DNA of 64,000 nucleotides from Capsulimonadaceae bacterium (GTDB lineage Bacteria; Armatimonadota; Armatimonadia; Armatimonadales; Capsulimonadaceae), in the NCBI GenBank assembly GCA_965215505.1, contig OZ244065.1, positions 352,001 through 416,000 of the forward strand, written 5' to 3'. The translations under genes were made by a program, and so were the position numbers. The first letter of the stretch is position 1. Each line of letters opens with the position of its first letter. Below, one piece after another: positions 56,643 to 64,000 of the stretch. The notes below the pieces were generated by a model, which did no database searches, was not told the DNA's origin, and was given only the letters and a program-made list of their open reading frames with translations.

Positions 56643-57549
56643 ATCCCGACAGCATCTTCTCGGCGGTGTCCAGGTTCTTGCGGTACTGCGCCCTGCCGGG
56701 GGCCAGTGCGACGGCCCGGCGGAAGTAGCCTGCGGCCTGGGCGACGCGGTGCTGTTCGCCGAGAGCGGCTCCAAGCCCGTCCAGGGCGTCGGCGTCGGCG
56801 GGGCAGAGGCGCAGGGCGGCGCGGAAAGCGGCCTCGGCCTCCGCGCCCCGGTTGAGGCTGGCGAGACTCGCGCCCAGGCCCTCGAAAGCGGGCGTGCTGC
56901 TGGGGTCGAGTGCGAGGGCAGACTTGAAGGCCGTGACGGCCTCCTCGTAGCGCTTGAGGTCCAGCAGGGTGTCGGCCAGGTTCTGGACATAGATGGCCCG
57001 GCCCGGCATCAGCCGCACCGCCTCCTGATACTGGGGCGCGGCCTGCTCGTATCTCTTCTGCGAATACAGGGCGTCCCCGAGGTCGTTGCGGTAGGTCGCG
57101 ATGTTCGGCTCCTGCTGGACGGCCAGCAGGTATTCCGCCTCGGCATCGTCGAAGTGCCCGGCTTTGTAGTCAGCGTCGCCCTGACGGACGTGCCGCGCGG
57201 CTGCGGCCACTGCCGTCTCGCCCGGCGGGATGTGAAATGACGGAGGGTGCGCGACGAGCGCCCAAGCCAGGCCGACCACGGCCACCAGGGGGAGGCCGCG
57301 CCGCGCGGCACGGCTCACGCGCTCGCGCCGGAGGCGGGCAGCCCCGGCCGCCCGGCCCAGACCGGCGCGGACGGACTGGAGCTGATCGCGCACCTCCTCG
57401 GTCGTCATCCCCGTGGCTTCGGCGATGTCCGCAATGGTCGGCAGGGATTGCGCTGCGACCTCCCGCCGCTCCGCGTCCGCCCAGCGGTTGAAAAGCAGCC
57501 GCTGCTCCTGCTCCGTCAGCCGCTCTTCCGGCCCCTCAAAGGTCTGCAC
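56629..57549 (-). CDS. membrane-anchored TPR protein
   Basis: N-terminal PTIADIAEATG, TM, several TPR repeats. Confidence 0.85.
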   Translation of the reverse strand: MQTFEGPEERLTEQEQRLLFNRWADAERREVAAQSLPTIADIAEATGMTTEEVRDQLQSVRAGLGRAAGAARLRRERVSRAARRGLPLVAVVGLAWALVAHPPSFHIPPGETAVAAAARHVRQGDADYKAGHFDDAEAEYLLAVQQEPNIATYRNDLGDALYSQKRYEQAAPQYQEAVRLMPGRAIYVQNLADTLLDLKRYEEAVTAFKSALALDPSSTPAFEGLGASLASLNRGAEAEAAFRAALRLCPADADALDGLGAALGEQHRVAQAAGYFRRAVALAPGRAQYRKNLDTAEKMLSGSRRD

Positions 57550-57583
57550 CTGGTGGCTCTTCTTTCTTGCCGCCCTGATCCTG

Positions 57584-58579
57584 TTATTCGGCGGTCAACT
57601 GCCACGGCAAAGTGGGATACTTCCGCATCATGGCATCGATGCCGATCCGCCGGGTTTCTTGCGCCAGGGCCAGGTTCTTACGGAAGGTGTCGCGGCTCGG
57701 GTCTAGGGCCGCCGCCTGCCGGAACTGGGCGGCGGCCTCGGCCCAGCGTTCCTGGATGGCGAGGGCGAAGCCGAGTTGGTTGGCGATGTCGGCGTTCTCG
57801 GGCGACAGCCGCTGGGCCGTGCGGAGTACCTTCTCGGCCTCGGCGGAGCGGTCGAGCATGTTCAAGCAGACGCCCAGACCTTCATAGGCGGGGGCCGAGC
57901 CGGCGTCGAGGTTGATGACCGTCCGGTAGGCTGCGGCGGCATTCCCGTAGCGCTTCATGAGCCGGTAGTCTTCCGCCAGCTCCAGGGCGTAGTCGGCCCG
58001 GTCGGGCATGGTCTGTACGGCCTTCTGGAACTGCGGCAGAGCCTCGGCGTACTTCTGCTGCGACAGGAGCGCCTCGCCCAACTCGGAGCGGGGGGACGCC
58101 GCCCCCGGCTCCAGCGCGGCGGCCATCTGGAACTGGCCTTCCGCCGCCCGGTATCGCCCGGCGCTTGACTGCTGCTGTCCCTGCCGCTCGTGCCACGCGG
58201 CGGTCGCGGCGGTGTCCTTCAGCCCGACGACGCCGAAGTTCGGCCTCGCGACGCCCAGCCAGACGATGCCGAGGCCGAGCGCCGCCCAGCCGGCACGCCG
58301 TACCCCGATGGAAGCCCTTTTCTGCACTTCCTGGTGCCGGGATCGGGCAACTTCTGCGGCACGGACCCGCTCGGCACGCAAGGCCTCAAGCTCGCGCCGG
58401 ACATCGTCCGCCGCTGCCCCGGTGGCCTCGGCGATGTCGGCCACGGTCGGCTCCGACTGCCTTGCGGCGGCACGACGCGCCGCGTCCTCCAGGCGGGCCA
58501 GGAGCGCCCTCTTCTCGCCCCGTTTCAGCCGCGCTGAGGCCGCCTGGTCGGATAACTCGGGCTGCGTGAATCGTTCCAT
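57584..58579 (-). CDS. membrane-anchored TPR protein, paralog of the downstream gene (start uncertain)
   Basis: PTVADIAEATG, TM, TPR repeats, shared ending F/YRKNL. Confidence 0.85.
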   Translation of the reverse strand: MERFTQPELSDQAASARLKRGEKRALLARLEDAARRAAARQSEPTVADIAEATGAAADDVRRELEALRAERVRAAEVARSRHQEVQKRASIGVRRAGWAALGLGIVWLGVARPNFGVVGLKDTAATAAWHERQGQQQSSAGRYRAAEGQFQMAAALEPGAASPRSELGEALLSQQKYAEALPQFQKAVQTMPDRADYALELAEDYRLMKRYGNAAAAYRTVINLDAGSAPAYEGLGVCLNMLDRSAEAEKVLRTAQRLSPENADIANQLGFALAIQERWAEAAAQFRQAAALDPSRDTFRKNLALAQETRRIGIDAMMRKYPTLPWQLTAE

Positions 58580-58687
58580 TGCCAGAAATATACCCTGATT
58601 TCGTGGCCGGCTCACAGGAAGGAATCCCGCCGCGTCCCGGTGAATATTGCTTTTGTCGTAATAAATACATCTTCGGAGGGTGAGGCA

Positions 58688-58936
58688 ATGAGTCTGGACG
58701 ATTTGCAGCGCGAAATCCTGAAAGTGACGAAGCTCGGCGGCATGGCGCGTGTGCCGGAGGAAATGGTCATGGAGGCGATGGACTGCCCGGACGAGGCGGA
58801 GTGCCGGCAGCAGATGGAGGGCTGGATCGCCGACCTATGTTCGGAGTACCACCTGACGCGCGATCAGGACAAGGACATGCTGGGTCAGTGCGAGCTGCTC
58901 TTCACGCACACCGACCCGCACTACATCGAAGCCTGA
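58688..58936 (+). CDS. small acidic hypothetical protein
   Basis: GAGG RBS; 82 aa MSLDDLQREILKVTKLGG... Confidence 0.65.
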   Translation: MSLDDLQREILKVTKLGGMARVPEEMVMEAMDCPDEAECRQQMEGWIADLCSEYHLTRDQDKDMLGQCELLFTHTDPHYIEA

Positions 58937-59016
58937 CAAAACCGGGCGGCAGGAAAAGAGCCTCGTGGCGGCGAAACAGGTCCCAAGACTTACTCGACGC
59001 CATGAGGTAACTTATC

Positions 59017-60009
59017 TTGACACCCATCACTTCCGGCCCCATCGGCTGGGGCATCCTCGGACCCGGCAGCATCGCCCACCAGTTCGCCACGGGCCTCCAG
59101 TCCGTCGCCGACGCCAAGCTGGTCGCCGTCGGCTCGCGCTCCCAGGAGAAGGCGGACGCCTTCGCCGACAAGTTCGGCATTGCGAAGCGTCACGCAAGCT
59201 ACGAGGCGCTGGCCGCCGACCCGGACGTCCACGTCATCTACATCTCCACCCCCCATCCGCAGCACAAAGAGGCGGCCCTGCTTTGCCTGGAACACGGCAA
59301 GGCCGTCCTGTGCGAGAAGCCCTTCACCGTCAACGCCAAAGAGGCCGAGGAGGTCATCGCGTCGGCGCGGGCCAAAGACCTGTTCGTCATGGAGGCGATG
59401 TGGTCCCGCTTCTTCCCCGCCATGGCCCACGTCCGCAAGCTCATCGCGGACGGTGCCATCGGCGAGGCGCGGATGCTCCAGGCCGACTTCGGGTTCCGGG
59501 CAGGCGTCAACCCAGACAGCCGCCTATTCAACCTGGCGATGGCCGGCGGCGGCCTGCTGGATGTCGGCGTGTACACCGTCTCGCTGGCCTCCATGCTCTT
59601 CGGCACGCCCACCGACATCACCGGAGTCGCCCAGATGGGCGAGACGGGCGTGGACGAGCAGGCCGCGATCTCGCTCAGATACGCTGGCGGCCAGGTCGCC
59701 GCGCTGACGACCGGCGTCCGCATCAACACCCCGCACGAGGCTTTCATTCTGGGCACGGACGGCATGATCAAGCTCCACGCCCCCTGGTGGAAGCTCGCGA
59801 AGATCACCGTCACTGCCAGTGGCAAGAGCGAGGAGATGGACCTGCCTTACGAGGGCCAGGGCATGAACTACGAGGCCGCCGAAGTGGGAGCCTGCCTGCG
59901 GGCGGGCAAGAACGAGAGCGATACGCTGCCCCTGTCCGAGACGCTGTCCATCATGAAGACTTTGGACACCCTGCGCGGGCAGTGGGGCCTGAAGTACCCG
60001 ATGGAGTAA
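59017..60009 (+). CDS. Gfo/Idh/MocA oxidoreductase
   Basis: WGILGPGSIA, CEKPF, MEAMWSRF, GGGLLDVGVY. Confidence 0.92.
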   Translation: MTPITSGPIGWGILGPGSIAHQFATGLQSVADAKLVAVGSRSQEKADAFADKFGIAKRHASYEALAADPDVHVIYISTPHPQHKEAALLCLEHGKAVLCEKPFTVNAKEAEEVIASARAKDLFVMEAMWSRFFPAMAHVRKLIADGAIGEARMLQADFGFRAGVNPDSRLFNLAMAGGGLLDVGVYTVSLASMLFGTPTDITGVAQMGETGVDEQAAISLRYAGGQVAALTTGVRINTPHEAFILGTDGMIKLHAPWWKLAKITVTASGKSEEMDLPYEGQGMNYEAAEVGACLRAGKNESDTLPLSETLSIMKTLDTLRGQWGLKYPME

Positions 60010-60016
60010 AACCACC

Positions 60017-60589
60017 ATGACCGCTACCGTACAAGCAAAGCCTGCCGTTCATACGGCGCAAGACCTGGAGCGCCTATCGGCGCAGGGGCATCACTACGAA
60101 CTCATCCGAGGAGAACTCCGCTCCATGTCACCCAGCGGTGGCCCACACGGCAAGGCGTCTAGCCGCGTCTCGTTCTACGTTAATGGCCTTGTATACGCCG
60201 AGGAGCTAGGAGAGACATTCGCTGCCGAAACCGGCTTTTTCCTCGAACGTGCCCCGGACACGGTCAAGGCACCGGACTTTGCCTTCGTCGCCTCCGGGCG
60301 GCTGCCGGACCCTCTCCCAGAAGGCTACGTCCCCCTCGTGCCGGACCTGGCGGTAGAAACGCGCTCGCCCAACGACACGGCGCGCGAGGTCGCGGAAAAG
60401 GTGGAAGAGTGGCTGTCGGCGGGGGTACGGCTGGTCTGGGTCATCGAACCCCGCAAGCGGACGATCACGACATTTCGCGCGGGGCGCGCGCCGCAAGTGC
60501 TGGGCGTCAGCGATATGTTGGATGGCGAAGACGTGCTGCCGGGCCTGTCCGTGCCCGTCGCGCGCATCTTCCCGCCGCGCCGGAATTAG
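60017..60589 (+). CDS. Uma2 family (PD-(D/E)XK-like) protein
   Basis: YELIRGEL, APDFAFV, PDLAVETRSP, GVRLVWVIEP. Confidence 0.9.
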   Translation: MTATVQAKPAVHTAQDLERLSAQGHHYELIRGELRSMSPSGGPHGKASSRVSFYVNGLVYAEELGETFAAETGFFLERAPDTVKAPDFAFVASGRLPDPLPEGYVPLVPDLAVETRSPNDTAREVAEKVEEWLSAGVRLVWVIEPRKRTITTFRAGRAPQVLGVSDMLDGEDVLPGLSVPVARIFPPRRN

Positions 60590-60607
60590 ATTAGGAGACA
60601 TCGCACC

Positions 60608-62548
<1,941 letters not shown>

Positions 62549-62554
62549 CACGCC

Positions 62555-62953
62555 ATGACCGTCACCATTGACCTACCGCCGGACGTGGAAAAGCGGGTCA
62601 AACAGGCCGCCGATTTGGAGGGCGTGGACGTTCCCACCTTTATGCGGGAAGCGACCCTCTCACGCCTGCTGCCGTCAGGCCCGCCTCAACTGCTGAACGA
62701 TACTGACTTGCTGGAATGTATCAACAATGGCTTCCCGGAAACCTTTTGGGACCGCTTCCGCGCACTAGTCGCCCTCTCCCATGCCGGGACGCTCACGCCG
62801 GAAGAACACAAGGAGTTGATCGCACATGCCGAGCAAACGGAAAACCGTGATGCCGAACGTCTGATGTACCTGATCGAGCTTTCCAAGAGGCGCGGCGTCT
62901 CAGTTCAATCGCTGATGGCCGAACTCGGGCTGCATCCGGTGTCATTCGATTGA
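62555..62953 (+). CDS. antitoxin-like protein
   Basis: RHH-like MTVTIDLPPDVEKRV; GTLTPEEHKEL; ELSKRRGVSVQSLMAELGL; overlaps the HNH gene. Confidence 0.65.
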   Translation: MTVTIDLPPDVEKRVKQAADLEGVDVPTFMREATLSRLLPSGPPQLLNDTDLLECINNGFPETFWDRFRALVALSHAGTLTPEEHKELIAHAEQTENRDAERLMYLIELSKRRGVSVQSLMAELGLHPVSFD

Positions 62954-63378
62954 GACGCAGCGTGGCCGAGACTAGGCGACTCGTCGCCGAACGCGCGAAC
63001 AACCTGTGCGAATACTGCCGCTGTTCGTTCGGCTTCTCCTCCAGTCCCTACGCCGTGGAACACATCAACCCGCGCGCGGGCGGCGGCACGAACGACTTGG
63101 ACAACCTGGCGTGGTCCTGCCAGGGGTGTAACGGCCATAAACTGACCGCGACGGCGGCAGAGGACACGGCGACAGGCGGACGCGCCGCGCTTTACAACCC
63201 GCGCCGACAGCGATGGAGGGAACACTTCGAGTGGAGTTCGGACGGGCTGACGGTGTTCGGCATCACCCCGACCGGCAGAGCGACTGTTGTTCGTCTCCAT
63301 CTCAATCGCGAGAGCGTCATCAGCCTGCGGAAAGCACTCGTTGCTTTCGGCGTGCATCCACCGGACGACTGCCCCTGA
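62950..63378 (+). CDS. HNH endonuclease
   Basis: CEYC, EHINP, NLAWSCQGCNGHK, YNPRRQRWREHF. Confidence 0.88.
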   Translation: MRRSVAETRRLVAERANNLCEYCRCSFGFSSSPYAVEHINPRAGGGTNDLDNLAWSCQGCNGHKLTATAAEDTATGGRAALYNPRRQRWREHFEWSSDGLTVFGITPTGRATVVRLHLNRESVISLRKALVAFGVHPPDDCP

Positions 63379-63392
63379 TGTGAGGACAGACC

Positions 63393-63668
63393 GTGAACGA
63401 GTTGACTTTCCTTGTCACAAAAAACTCCGAGGGCGGCTACACCGCCCGCGCGCTCGGCCACTCCATCTTCACCGAAGCTGACACGCTGGACGCCCTGCGC
63501 GCCAACATCCGCGAGGCCGTCCAGTGCCACTTTGAAGACGGGGAAGCGCCTGCAACCGTCCTGCTCAAAACAGAGGCGCGGTAGGCCATTGAGGTCGGCC
63601 TGGCGGACAGCATCGCCGGGCGCACGATGAGCGTGGGGGAAGTGCGGGCGCGGTTTGGCATGGCCTAA
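63393..63668 (+). pseudogene. HicB-like antitoxin interrupted by an in-frame TAG
   Basis: EGGYTARALGHSIFTEADTLDALRANIREAVQCHF; after TAG 63582-63584 the frame continues AIEVGLADSIAGRTMSVGEVRARFGMA to TAA 63668. Confidence 0.55.
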
Positions 63669-63809
63669 GCCATGCCTTGAAAGGCACGGCTACACGGCGC
63701 AGACGCCAGGAATCCACCGCTTCGCGGGGATCAGAAAGAACACTCCGAGTGCCGCGAAGCGGTACTTCCTGGCCGAAGGCCGATTAGCCGTGCCTTTCAA
63801 GGCATGGCT
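63668..63809. repeat. REP-like inverted pair
   Basis: AGCCATGCCTTGAAAGGCACGGCTA (63668-63692) / TAGCCGTGCCTTTCAAGGCATGGCT (63785-63809). Confidence 0.85.
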
Positions 63810-63842
63810 CACGCGCATCAGCGGGCGTTCCGCCAGCGACGA

Positions 63843-64000
63843 TCAAGCGGCGGAACGCACAAAGCCTTTGTAGCGAGTGCCCTGGAATGTCAGCGTCCCG
63901 GCATCGCCCTCGGCCAGCAGGCCGTACTCGCGCCCGGACAGGCCGAACTCCTTGCGCTCGCCGCCCACCTCGAACGTGACATAGTACGACGTGCTGACCC
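63843..64000 (-). CDS. 3' end of a DUF2500 family protein
   Basis: STSYYVTFEVGGERKEFGLSGREYGLLAEGDAGTLTFQGTRYKGF, stop at 63843. Confidence 0.75.
   Translation of the reverse strand, partial: VSTSYYVTFEVGGERKEFGLSGREYGLLAEGDAGTLTFQGTRYKGFVRSAA

Overview
GC-rich bacterial chromosomal window. An Armatimonadota/Capsulimonas-like origin is inferred from gene types: a prepilin-type H-X9-DG/DUF1559 protein, a PEP-CTERM protein, a DUF1592/DUF1552 pair and an ECF sigma factor fused to a TM-linked extension. In order it holds crtI-crtB, an orphan PAS kinase, and a cobalamin-riboswitch-led salvage operon (DUF1559 pilin-like gene, btuF, cobU, cobS, cobT, a second btuF-like gene). Next come yhiN/HI0933 and a tandem array of seven paralogous single-pass membrane proteins I cannot assign to a family (13312-19936), which is the most striking feature. 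The rest is a CNNM/CBS gene, lysA-S2P-trpS, a MelR-DUF1592-DUF1552-esterase-GH4 locus, an RR-TrxB/cNMP-kinase/UBP-ZnF module, a DUF2089-DUF4097 envelope module, GH26 and GH13 hydrolases, a TPR pair, acs and toxin-antitoxin-like debris. Intergenic DNA carries several REP/MITE-like palindrome families, often flanked by short tandem duplications, and one ~190-nt rod-like ncRNA candidate. No rRNA, tRNA, CRISPR array, transposase or integrase was seen. All family calls come from motif recognition by eye, not from database searches.
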